Part shown: one piece after another, positions 9,971-22,013 of the stretch
How the letters are laid out: the number at the start of each line of letters is the position of its first letter
Position numbering within the stretch: the first letter of the stretch is position 1
NCBI GenBank assembly: GCA_030390025.1
Contig: CM059432.1
Span: 4,154,001 to 4,218,000, forward strand
Reading direction: 5' to 3'
From: Squalus acanthias
Lineage: Eukaryota
DNA length: 64,000 nt
Made by a program: the position numbers and the translations under genes
Notes under the pieces: generated by a model
Database searches by the model: none
What the model was told of the DNA's origin: nothing
Seen by the model: only the letters and a program-made list of their open reading frames with translations

Positions 9971-12900
9971 GGGCTGGATTTTGTCAGTGTGGGCGGGCTG
10001 GGGCGTGTCAGGTGGAAATCGTGTCAGGACCCCAACTCCTAAGTGAAGTGCTGAAAAAGTGGGATTTTCCCCTAATTGGGTAATTGATTTCCTGCGTGTG
10101 GGAACCCCTGGCCCAATGAGTCTTTTCATACAGAAAGTCGCCTCCGATGATGTCATCAATGCTGCTGGATTTAAGACCTGCAAGCAGCCTTGCTTCCTCT
10201 GGAGACTGCAAAGGCTCTGCAAATTGTGTGAAGGTGTTGATTTCCCGACAATGTCCACAATCAAGCAAAAGTGTGCACCTCGGTTTGATGAGCCCTCCCT
10301 CCAAGCTCTGGTGCACGGAGCCAGCTGTAATAAGGAGGTGCTGTTCCCTTCCTCAGGGAGAAAAAAGCCACCCCAGCAGACAAAAGCTGTGTGGCTGCAA
10401 GTGGCCCAGGAGGTCAACTCCATTTCGCTGAGCCGCAGAACCTGGCTGCAGTGCAGGAAGAGGTTTCATGACCTTATCTGCACAGGAAAAGTGAGTATGA
10501 CTTTCCCATCACCCTCAATCTGATCCCCATCGCCTCTCCTCACCAGCACTCTGCTTTGCCAACCTCTTCCTCCACATCCCACTTGACACTTACATGCCTG
10601 CACCCTTACCCATTCCCTCTCTCTCAAAGGTCACATTCACTTAACTATTCGACCATGCAGCCCTCACACTCCCTATCACTGTGATGCCATGACAACAACT
10701 TTCAACACACAGGGATGGTCCTTTGTATCCTTCTAAGCATCTATGCTATGGATTATCTACACTCACTCCTTCATTCTCACTCAAACGCCACTTGTGTCCC
10801 TCATTGCAGGAAAAGAGGGAAAGAGCCATGACAGGAGGAGGGCCACCCTCAGTAGCCCAGCTCACCGCCTGGGAGGAAGCGGCCCTGGAAATTGCCGGGA
10901 TCGAGGAGGATTCCCAAGTGGGGGATGGACAGATGGGCGCATCGCAGCAAGCTGGTGACAGAATAGTTTGGCATCTCTCTCATTGACATTGCATGAGTCA
11001 CTGATAATGAATCTGATGCTCTAACAGATTGACTTATGATCATCTGCACTATTCAATGTTCATGTAACCTTGACCTCACATCTCTAACTCTTTCCTTTAC
11101 TCCCCCACAGGACCATCGAAAGCTCCCGTCCCCACTGTCCAGGAGGAAGAGCCTGAGCTTCCAGACTCCTCAGAGGAAGCTGCAACCTCTGAGGGCGCAG
11201 CCTCAGCAGAATTCAGTGCACCCAGCACCAGCGCAGACACTCACACCTCGGTGTGACCTTCGTGAGATAGAGTAGTGTTGGCACCTGATGTATCACAGCT
11301 CACAAGTGAGCATCAGCAGATGGTGGAGATAGGGACAGCAGTGGAGAGTCCTCGTCGGAGGGCGCAGGACTCTGCCAGCTCGGCTCAGCTGCATGTCGAC
11401 CCTGTGCCTCCGGGTCCATCCAGAACGAGAGTGGTGCTGGAACTCCAGGAACAGCCAGGAGTCTCTGGCAGGTTTTGTCTCCAGGGTCGCTGCGAGTGTC
11501 GAGCGAATGGAAGAGTCCATCGCGAACATGAGCAGAGCCTTTGTGGAGGCTTTGGCGCATGAATGCATCACCACGGAAAGGATGGCAACCTCTGTGGAAA
11601 GGATGGCTACAGTAGAGGAGAGGATGGCTACGGCCATGGAGAAGCTAAGTCGCCAGAGTGTAGAAAACATGGTCATTGTTCAGAATAGACTGGCATCTCT
11701 TGAGGAGTGATGGTCAGCTACTGAGCATAGAAACCAGACCTTCATGGAAGTCCTCTGGAGTAGGACTTCCAGTGCAGAAATGCATCCTCATGGCCCTCCT
11801 GCAGTGCAGCAAGGTGCTGTCAAGCCACTTGCTAGCTCTGAAGTGGGGCTGACCCGAGTCCTCATCCAACTGAGATGGGCGTCTCATCCCCTGCACAGCC
11901 GCAGGAGCAGCAGACTGTTGCCGAGCCCTCACAGGTTCGCAACCCCAGAGGACGGCCGCCAAAGGTGTCAAGACAGGAGCAGCAAGAAAGTGAGCAAGGG
12001 GCCTCCACATCTGCTGAAGCCACAGGGGAAGCACCATGTTGGAGCACGCGTAAGAGGAAGATAATGCAGAAGTAATCACAAGGGTAGTCACTTGGGTGTT
12101 ATGTTGTGTTTATTTTTGAAATGCCACCAGTTGCTTGTTGTGATAAAAAATTCTGATGGCAAACTGTTGAAGTTGTGGCCTGTGTCATTTCGCAAATGGG
12201 ACTTCCACATTGAGGGCTTAGAGCGACTTGCAATTGTTAGTATGGTGGTCAGAGTGATCAGAATCCTCAGGTTCTTGTCCATTGTCGATGTTCTGGTAAG
12301 AAGGTGCGAGGCAAGTGTTTGATTGTACAGGCTAAGCAAATGTGACCAACATGAGTGCGTCCCTTGCATCCCGGGCAGCAATATGGTCGTGCTCTGGCGA
12401 CTTCTGGCCTGTGCATCTTCAGGTGGGTGACTAGCAGCTTGGCGCTCCTGTTGATGCTCCTGCTGTTGGTGCTGCTGTTGCTCATGGTTCTGCTGCTGCC
12501 GCGGCTGGTCTTCATCCGAATCTGATGTCCAGGAGGAAAGGAATTAAATGGTCGCCATGCTTCTGGTATATGCCTCAGTTGAGGAAGCGCTTAGTCAAGG
12601 TGGCTTGAGGGGTTTCCCAGGAGGTCACACTGGAGATGTGTGTCAGGCTCCAAACTTCCACAACACTGAGTATGCCTGCTAAAGGTTCCCTCAGACCTGA
12701 AACAACAAAGTTCTGCCACCTGCAAATGATCATTGGTGAAAACGCCTTTGTAATGGTGGAGCTGCAGCTGTTCGTAAGCAATCCACTTGTGAGGCCGCCA
12801 GCATTACCTGGCGTGTTCCAGAGGAGACATGAGGGATGGGGGGAATGACTAAAAATCGGAAAGGCCTCTCAAAATGGGATTATAGAGGCTATTAAGTGGT

Positions 12901-13088
12901 TGTTAAGGGCCTTAAGGGCCTATCCCGCCTCTTGGAGGCGGGATGGAAAGGGGGTCAGAAAACACACTTTTGGGAAAATTGCTCGGAGGCGGGATGGAGG
13001 CGGGATCGGGCCTGCCCGCCATTTTTGGCGATTTTAACAACTGACACGCCTCCAATCCCGCCTCCTCGGGCCTGGCAAAATCGAACCC
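9971..13088 (+). mobile_element. PIF/Harbinger transposon family B, decayed (Myb-like gene retained, transposase largely deleted)
   Basis: TIRs GGGCTGGATTTTGTCAG and revcomp GGGTTCGATTTTGCCAG; TTA on both sides (9968-9970, 13089-13091). Confidence 0.88.
10251..12075 (+). pseudogene. Harbinger Myb/SANT-like gene; exons 10251-10490, 10810-10954, 11111-~12075 (exon 3 disrupted)
   Basis: APRFDEPSLQALV...W.QVAQEVNS..RRTWLQCRKRFHDL; donor aaa|gtgagt, acceptor ttgcag, TGGG motif in exon 2; stops in exon 3. Confidence 0.8.
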
Positions 13089-13216
13089 TTAGAGTCATAA
13101 CGGCACAGAAGGAGGCCATTCGGCCCATCGAGTCCGTGCCGGCTCTCTGTAGAGCAATCCAGTCAGTCCCATTCCCCCACTCTATCCCCGTAGCCCTGCA
13201 AGTTTATAGAGTCAAG

Positions 13217-14936
13217 GGCCTCGATTTTATTAATGGAGGCGGATTGAGTGCGGGTCCGCTGCTCGGAGGCTTTCCGACCCACTCCCGGCTGCCGCCTCCC
13301 AGAACTTACAATTTTTCCTTGATTGGCCTGGTTACGGCCGCTGTGCGGGCCGGGTCCCTCCAGGCAATTACTTGGAGGCTGTCAGTTTCTCGCGTCTGAT
13401 GACGCGTTGTTTGAATGAAAATTTAAAGGGGCCACGGCCCCTTTGGGAAAACTGTCAATGGGACGGATTGGAGCTGTAAAATATGGAAAGGGGAATTGAC
13501 AGCTTCTGTTCTGAGCAAAATTTAATGAATAAAATTGCTGGTCATATTATTCCAGAAAGATATTTATGATTTTTTTGTATATATCAATTTAATATCTGAC
13601 TATGAAATGAAAAAGATGCCAGATGTGTTCCAATCATTGTCTCAGTAATATTAATGCTTTTTTCTCTTAAAGGTGCTGGCTGCTGCAGGAACGGCAGCCC
13701 CAATAACTAAGGCTGCACCCAGGTTCAATGAGGGCTCTCTCCATGCTCTTGTTGAGGGAGTTAGAGGACGTCAGGAGCTCCTCTTCCCTGGAAATGGAAG
13801 GAGGAGGCCTCCTCAGCAAGCCAAGGCAGCACGGCTGCAAATTGCTGAGGAGGTGAGCTCGAGGTCTGTGTGCAGACGCACATGGGTTCAGTGTGGAAAA
13901 AGGTTTAATGATCTGCTGAGATCACCTGAAGAGTGGCCTCTGTGTTCTGGGAAATGGAAGTTCAAGAGTTAGGGCTCAGGGTGATTTCCATGTAGAATGT
14001 TGGTGGCGACACTGAGCGCAAACCACCGTTTATTGGACAGATGATGCCTGGGGTTTTGAGAATGTCGGACTTATATTCATCTCCATGTGCCAGCCACCTG
14101 TGGTTGAAGCGTAAGCTTACGTGAATCTGGCATGGATGAGTGCATCCCTTGCCTGACGGCCAGCAATGTGGTCACCTGCTGCTGGATTGGCCACATCCGG
14201 CCCCGCAAGGCGTCACCTGCCCGTCCTCCTCCTCTTCCTCTTTCTCGTCTTCTTCATCGTCCTCTTCATCTTCCTCTTCATCTTCCTCCAAGGAGACTGT
14301 GTGCTGAGCCACTTGTTCATCCGGCAGCACTAAGCCGCGCTGCTCTTCCTCCGAATCCGACGATCAGGATGAGAGGATGTAAACGGTTCCCATCCCGTTG
14401 TTATAGATTTCAGTTGAGGCAAGAAGCTTGCAAGCGCACACTCAAAGTGGCCTGAAATTATTCCAATCAGTTCAAACAGCAGATGTGTGTCAGCTTGACC
14501 AGTCACAAGGTCAGTAGATTTGCAAAACCTTATCCCAAACCTCCAACAACAAAGTTGTTGCATTTGAAGGCCAGCCATGTTACAGGAGCGGTTTTTAAGT
14601 CCATCACCAATAATGACTACAGATCATGTCCTCCACCAACTTGTCTCCGTGCAGCTGGACTGTTTCTGACACGACGGGAAACAGGAGCCAGAGGCAGGAA
14701 AATGGGAAACCTCTGTCAAAATAGGATTATCAAGGCAGTTAACAGGCTCTTAACTGCCATAACTACCTGTCCCACCGGATGGAGTCGGGTCAGTTTGGGA
14801 GTATCTGAACAGACACTCACGAAAATTGCGTGGGGGCAGGATGGAGGCGGGTTGGGTGTCTGAAGCCATTTTTTTCTGACTTTACCAGCTGACACGCCTC
14901 CAAACCCGCCTCCTCAGGGATGGTAAAATCGAGCCC
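13217..14936 (+). mobile_element. Harbinger family B-related deletion derivative
   Basis: Ends GGCCTCGATTTT ... AAAATCGAGCCC; Myb remnant 13700-13925 (APRFNEGSLHALV..RRTWVQCGKRFNDL); acidic minus-strand remnant. TSD not resolved. Confidence 0.72.
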
Positions 14937-15486
14937 TATAGAGTCTCAAGGGCAATTAGGGATGGACAATAAATACTGGCCTTGCCAGCGACGCCCACAT
15001 CCCATAAAAAAACGGGGAAAAAAAGAATAAAAAAATGAAGGATTTTTTTTTTCTTCAGCTATACTGTTGGCATTCATCCTGTTTTATAGTCTGTTTTTTT
15101 CATATTGCCTCATTTTTTACTACCATTATTGACTTTATGGGAAGCTTAGGTATGTGGAATGGAGCCTCGGGGGCTTCTTGTAAGCAGTAGTTTTCCAAGA
15201 GGCGGTGATGACTCCAAGGATTCTTGCTGCCAATGTGCAATGAGAAGTTACCTCATAAACCCATGTGCCCTACAGTTTGCATATATGCCAAGTGATCCAC
15301 CAGTGAGGCAACAGCAGTAAGAACAACCCTTCCCAAACCTAGTGAGAGTGAGAGAAATTAGCAATTTAAAAAAAAAAATTTGACTGAAAATAACAAGCAT
15401 CTGGCAAATGAATTTCAACACAGATAAATGTGAGGTATTGTATTTGGTAAGAAAAATAGGGAGGTCACATGTTACGTGGAAACTAA

Positions 15487-16199
15487 GGGCTGGATTTTGA
15501 TACTGGGGCGGGTTGGGGTCGTGTCATCCACTTTTCGTGTTATCCGCCCGACTGCAATTGGATGTGGGAGATTGATGCGATTTTCACCTAATTGGGCAAT
15601 TGAGTTCCAGCACGTGGGAACCCATGACCCAATTAGTGCTTTCAGTCTGAAAATCACCTCTGATGATGTCATCATTGCTGCTGCATTGAAGGTCTGTAAA
15701 GTCTGCCTGGCCTTTGCTGTGAGAGGACCTGGATGCAAAATGAGCAGCAGCAGCCCTAAGTCTGCTCCCAGATATTTTTGCACCACCACCACCACCACCA
15801 CCACTCCCAGATATGTCTCCTCCTCCTCCTACTACTACTACTACTATACATCTCCGTTGTAATAGTGGACCTGCAGCTGATAGTCAGCTATCCAAATGTG
15901 CTCCCGCCAGGTTTCACATTCGTGGTTCACAACAGGCGTGCTTCACGTAGAAAAAGGGTTAAAATCACAAAGGCCTTTCAAAATGGCATTATAGAGGCAA
16001 CTTAGTGCTTGTTAAGGGCCTTAACAGCCTATCCCGCCTCTTGGAGGCGGGATGGAGTTGGGACCAGCAGACACGATTTAATGAAAATTGTGTGGAGGCG
16101 GGATGGAGGCGGGCTTGTGCCCGCCCGCCAGTTTTCGCAATTTTAACCCCCCCCACACGCCTCCAAACCCACCTCCACGGGTCAATGAAAATCCAGCCC
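15487..16199 (+). mobile_element. Harbinger family B MITE (713 bp)
   Basis: Perfect 12-bp TIR GGGCTGGATTTT, TAA TSD; both arms homologous to the ends of 9971-13088. Confidence 0.92.
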
Positions 16200-16846
16200 T
16201 AAGAATCTAAATGGGGTAGAATCATAGAAATTTACAGCGCAGAAGGAGGCCATTCAGCCCATCTTGTCCGCGCCGGCCAACAAAGAGGTAACCACCCTAA
16301 TCCCACTCTCCAGCTCTTGGTCCGTAGCCCTGTAGGTTGCAGCACTTCAAGTGCATATCCAAGTACTTTCTAAATGTGATGAGGGTTTCTGCCTCCACCA
16401 CCCTTTCAGGCAGTGAGTTCCAGACCCCCACCACCCTTCTGGGTGAAAAAAAGAAAAGCAAAGGGATCTCAAAGTACAGATACACAGATCACTAAAAGTA
16501 GAGACGCAGGTAATAAAGCCATAAACATAGCAAACCAGGCACTAGGATTTATTTCTAGGGGGACAGAATTGAAAAGTAGAGAAGTTATGCTAAACTTGTA
16601 TCGAACCTTGGCTAGACCACACCTGGAGTACTGTGAACAGTTCTGGTCGCCGTATTATAAAGAGGATATAGAAGCACTGGAGTGGGTGCAAAAAAGATTT
16701 ACAAGGATGATACCAGAAATGCGAGGGTATACCTATCAGGAAAGGATGAGCAGGCTGTGTCTCTTTTCTCTTGAAAAGAGAAGGCTGAGGGGTGAACTAA
16801 TAGAGGTCTTTAAAATTATGAAAGGTTTTGATAGAGTAGACACACA

Positions 16847-19800
16847 GGCCGGAGTTTTTCGGGGGGGTCAGCAGGTGGGATTGGTGGTGGGTCGGTGAGA
16901 AATTTGATTTTTTTGACAGTGGGTCGGGACCCCGCTGACAAGCCGCCGCAACGCGCCTTTCCCAATGGCGTGTGTGTGATCTCCGATCCGATCCGACTCA
17001 ACCCGCAGAGGCGGGCGACCCAATTAAACCAATTATTGGGTTGTTGACAGACCTTAATAATGCTTTTAACCTTACCTTTTCACTTTAGCTGCTCGCCCAC
17101 GGGGTCCACGCTGCTCGTGGACCATGCCTGTGAACCCGAGGAAAGAGTTGAATGGCCATTGCTCCAACTGATTAATTGACAGCTTCAAATGTACAGTAAA
17201 AGCACCCACCTGACAGATCATCACTTTCCTCAGCCACAAGCCGTTTCTCACTCCATTTCCAGCACAGATTCTGCAGGCTTTCCACTTCCCACTCTCCATC
17301 CAGTCTCACCTCATTGGAAGAACTCTCTCACCATTGACAGATCGCCTCTGTCATCTCTACTTCACCTGCCATCTATTCCATCAACATGGGTGCCCTTTAT
17401 ACTGTCTCACCTTGGCCCTCAGAATCCCACCACAATCAGCCCCAACACCAGCAGCACCAGGCACACCAGCAGCACCAACAACAGCACCAACCTTCTCCGC
17501 AATCACCCGCTACTACACAGGACACAGGGCATCAGCACCCAACCACATTGCTGCCCGGGATGGGCCTCCCCATGGCCAGATTTACTTCACATGATGCGCC
17601 AGGTTGGCACCACCCCACACCACCATAAAGCACCCCTACAATGACCAAGCCATTCCTTTCACACTCATTACCATTGTGGGGGGTACCGTTATGTCTTACC
17701 ATTCACTGCAACTCACTGAGCCACTTCCAAAGCTGCACACAAATCTGTCCAAGAACGCAAATTGTTGAAAATAAGGATTTCAATGTTTGACAGCACATTA
17801 ACAGAAACTTCACATGAACATTGCATAAAACACACAAGTGGCTACCCTTGTGAGTTGTTAGTTGGTATGATTGCAGTAGGATGAGGGTGAGTGTGAGGGG
17901 TGGCTAGTGAGATGGGGATGTGATAATATAGATAGAGAGGGATGGGTGGAGGTGCAAGGTAAGTTGGTGTGAGTAAGGATGTGCAGGGATAGGGTAGGGA
18001 AGGCAGAGTAATGGGGATGTCATGAGTGGCACAACAGGATGAAGGTGAATGTGGCTTTGTACTAACATTTTGTGATCTACTGGGATCATGGAATCATAGA
18101 AATTTGCAGCACAGAAGGAGGCCATTCGGCCCATCGTGTCCGCGCTGGCCGACAAAGAGCTATCCAGCCTAATCCACTTTCCAGCTCTTGGTCCGTAGCC
18201 CTGTAGGTTACGGCTCTTCAAGTGCATATCCACGTACTTCTTAAAGGTGATGAGGGTTTCTGCCTCTACCACCATTTTCGGCAGTGAGTTCCAGACCCCC
18301 ACCAACCTCTGGGTGAAAATATTTCTCCTCAACTCCCCTCTCAACCTCCGACCAATTACTTTAAATCTATGCCCCCTGGTTATTGACCTCTCTGCTGAGG
18401 GAAATAGGTGCTTCTTATCCACTCTATCTAGGACCCTCATAATTTTATACACCTCAATTAAATCTCCCCTCAGCCTCCTCTGTTCCAAAGAAAACAAACC
18501 CAGCCTATCCAATCTGTCCTCATAGCTAAAATTCCCCAGCCTAGGCAACATCCTCGTAAATCTCCTCTGTACCCTCTAAAGTGCAATCACATCCTTCTTG
18601 TAATGTGGTGACCAGAACTGCATTCAGTATTCTAGCTGCGGCCTAACTAGTGTTTTATACAGTTCAAGCATAACCTCCCTGCTCTTCTACAATATTCTAT
18701 GCCTCGGCTAGTAAAGGCAAGTATCCCTTATGCCTTCTTAACCACCTTATCCACCTGTCCTGCTACCTTCAGGGATCTGTGGACATGCACTCCAAGGTCA
18801 CTCTGATCTTCTGCACTGCTCAGTGTCCTACCATTTATTGTGTATTCCCTTGCCTTGTTAGCCCTCCCCAAATGCATTACCTCACACTTCTCCAGATTGA
18901 ATTCCATTTGCCACTGTTCTGCCCACCTGACCAGTCCATTGATATCTTCCTGCAGTCTGCAGCCTTCTTCTTCATTAGCAACCACACAGCCAATTTTGTA
19001 TCTGCAAACTTCTTAATCATACTTCCTACATTCAAGTCCAAATCATTGATATATATCACAAAAAGCAAAGGACCCAGTACTGAGCCCTGCGGAACCCCAC
19101 TGGAAACAGCCTTCCAGTCACAAAAACACCCTTCGACCATTACCCTTTGTTTCCTGCCTCTGAGCCAATTTTGGATCCAACTTGCCGCTTTGCCTTGGAT
19201 CCCATGGGCTTTTACTTTCGTGACCAGTCTGCCATGCGGGACCTAATCAAGAGCCTTGCTAAAATCCATATAGACTACATCAAACGCACTACCCTCATCG
19301 ACCTTCCTTGTTGCCTCCTCAAAAAATTCAATCAAGTTAGTCAGACACGACCTTCCCTTAACAAATCCATGCTGACTGTCCCTGATTAATCCATGTCTTT
19401 TTAAATGAAGATTTATCCTGTCCCTCAGAATTTTTTCCAATAATTTTCCCACCACCGAGGTTAGGCTGACTGGTCTGTAATTACTCGGTCTATCCCTTTC
19501 TCCCTTTTTAAACAACGGTACCACGTTAACAGTCCTTCAGTCCTCCGGCACCACACCTGTAGCCGGAGAGGATTGGAAAATGATGGTCAGAGCCTTTGCT
19601 ATTTCCTCTCTCACTTCTCTTAACAGTCTGGGATACATTTCATCTGGGCCTGGGGATTTATCCACTTTCAAAGATGCCAAACCCCTTACTACTTCCTCTT
19701 TTACTATGTTTATTTCATCTAATATTTCACACACTCCTCCTCCCTGATTGTAATGTCTGCATCGTCCCTCTCTTTTGTGAAAACAGACGCAAAGTGTTCA

Positions 19801-20299
19801 TTGATCATTGAATGTTTGCGGCACTGCACCCAGGTCCTCCTGATGACATCCCTGCTTGTGACCTCCTCCGCAATGTGCAACCAGGCTATATTGATCTCCT
19901 GGGGAGGTCTCTTATGCCCATCGGAAGGGAAGAGGACCTCCCTGCGTGCTCCGACTCCCTCCATATGGAGGAAGTCATGGGAGAACCTGGGTGCAGCCCT
20001 GCACCTCTGTGCAGTGACTGTCAGTGTTTGCAGCACCGCAGTGCTGTAGAACACTGACAGCACAAACGTCAAAAGAAAGTTGGCCATTGTCCCATTAAGG
20101 AAATCGGCTGATGACGTGTCATCAATGACGTCACCAGACCCGCTTCCTCTAATTGGACCTGGAAACGGGCTGGGCGGGGCTTAACAAGCCCTATCAACGG
20201 AAATTCATTTTCCAGAGTGGGATGGAGCCAGCAGTGGGGCCGTGACCTGCCACCGACCCCGGCCTCACCGGACCCGCCGAGGTGAAGAAAATCTCAGCC
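16847..20299 (-). mobile_element. Harbinger family C non-autonomous copy interrupted by a CR1
   Basis: Ends GGCCGGAGTTTT ... AAAATCTCAGCC, flanks aca/aga; reverse-oriented homolog of 58343-60054; Myb remnant at ~19810-20015. Confidence 0.85.
18090..19802 (-). mobile_element. CR1 LINE (5'-truncated RT) inserted in the Harbinger Myb exon
   Basis: KSPGPD, NYRPVSLTSVVGK, QHGFVKGRSCLTNL, GVPQGSVLGP motifs; flanked by gatcatggaat / gatcattgaat. Confidence 0.9.
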
Positions 20300-21370
20300 A
20301 GAGAGAATGTTTCCACTCGTGGGGAAGAGCAAAACTAGAGGCCATCAATATAAGATAGTCACCAAGAAATCCAATAGGGAATTCAGAAGAAACTTCTTTA
20401 CCCAGAGAGTGGGGAGAATGTGGAACTCGCTACCACAGGGAGTGGTTGAAGCGAATAGTATAGATGCATTTAAGGGGAGTCTAGACAAGCATATGAGGGA
20501 GAAGGGAATAGAGGGTTATGCTGATAGATTTAGATGAGGAAAGACGGGAGGAGGCTCAAGTGGAGCATAAACGCCGGCATGGACTGGTTGGGCCGAATGG
20601 CCTGTTTCTGTGCCGTATATGCTGTGTAATCATATGTAACCCATCGCTTTTCTATACAAGTTTCCCGATCTGCCTGAATGGGGAAGGATGATTGTTAACT
20701 AGTTGTGCACTTGTAACTTGGGCAACAGTTCCAAATCAGTCAAGTATTAATAAGCTCAATCCCTGGTGTGCTGGCTCCTCCTCATCGGGAAGATGAGGGA
20801 GCAACCATCACTGGCCTTATTCTCCCGATGCTGGAGTGAGGAATCATTGGCCAGGATTCATACCATTGGTTGCTTTCCAATGAGACATGGACAGCATTCA
20901 ATGGAATGAGGCCTTGGTCATTAAAAAAAAAATTAATTCCACTTAACGTTTTATGGGTTGCTTGTGTATAGTTATCCAGAGATTGACTTGAGGTTGTCAC
21001 ATATATATTTCAAATACAATTTTCTAAGCACACTTTAGTACGCCTAATCTAAGAATGGTTCTGTTTCTGTTGTGCTCACGTTGGAATGATTATGTTAAAG
21101 AACCCCATAAAAAATAAATATAGCATTCGAGTTGGAGCGTGTGACAAAGTTATACTAAAGTGGTGGAATTTTGATGGCGTGAAAACATCAAAGGCAAAGG
21201 TTGAGTAGTTTTATTAAGTCATCTGATTGTGTTCCAGTTTCGTACAGCGCTCTCTGTGCCAACGGTTACTGCATTGGAAGTTTGCTTCTTGTGTTGTGTT
21301 ACTGAAGGAAAATCTATTTTAAACATCCCTGACAACAAGAAGAATTTTAATACACAAACAAACTTTTAAT

Positions 21371-21592
21371 AAAAACAGAAAATGCTGGAGATACTCAGCA
21401 GGTCAGGCAACATCTGTGAAGAGAGAAACAGCGTTAACGATTCAGGTCGATTAACTTTCGTCTGACGAAAGGTCGTCGACCTGAAACGTTGACTCTGTTT
21501 CTCTCCTCACAGATGCTGCCTGACCTGCTGAGTATCTCCAGTATTTTTTGTTTTTATTTCAGATTTCCAACATCTGCAGTATTTTCTTTTTG
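21371..21592. mobile_element. Fold-back Penelope terminal-repeat mini-element with 14-bp TSD
   Basis: ~95-bp inverted arms centred on 21463; direct repeat aacaaacttttaat at 21357-21370 and 21593-21606. Confidence 0.8.
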
Positions 21593-22013
21593 AACAAACT
21601 TTTAATGATGGCTAAACCACATTGAAATAGGAATATGGAGGAACATTTTTAACAGACATTACTCAGACAAAAAGGCAGTTGTGGCCAGGGACACATCTGG
21701 GGTTGCCTTGGAACCAGTGGAACCGACCAGCACTGTCTTGAGATAAGACCCTCGTTAAACTGCAACAGGTGACTCGCGTGACGAAGTAACCACACTCAAC
21801 TCTGAACCAACCATGAACAAGGGGAAAAGCCATGCTTGAAGGAGCCAATCATTGAGGTGTACACTACGAGAAGAAACTGAGCACAAAAAATATAAGAACT
21901 GACACACGACCTAGCTTTTTTTTTACTGCAGTCGGCCAGAATAAACGTACGAAGAGAAGACGTCTGAAGATTTCAACAGACTTCACCAGGCACTTGAGAT
22001 TCCAGGACAGGTG

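Larger units (their letters stand above)
15397..20637 (+). mobile_element. CR1 LINE 3' portion broken by nested insertions (pieces 15397-15486, 16203-16219, 16455-16846, 20300-20637)
   Basis: Pieces join into one CR1 matching 57600-58184 (gaaactaa|gaatctaaat; gtagacac|agagagaatg). A minus-strand CR1 tail occupies ~16218-16450. Confidence 0.82.
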
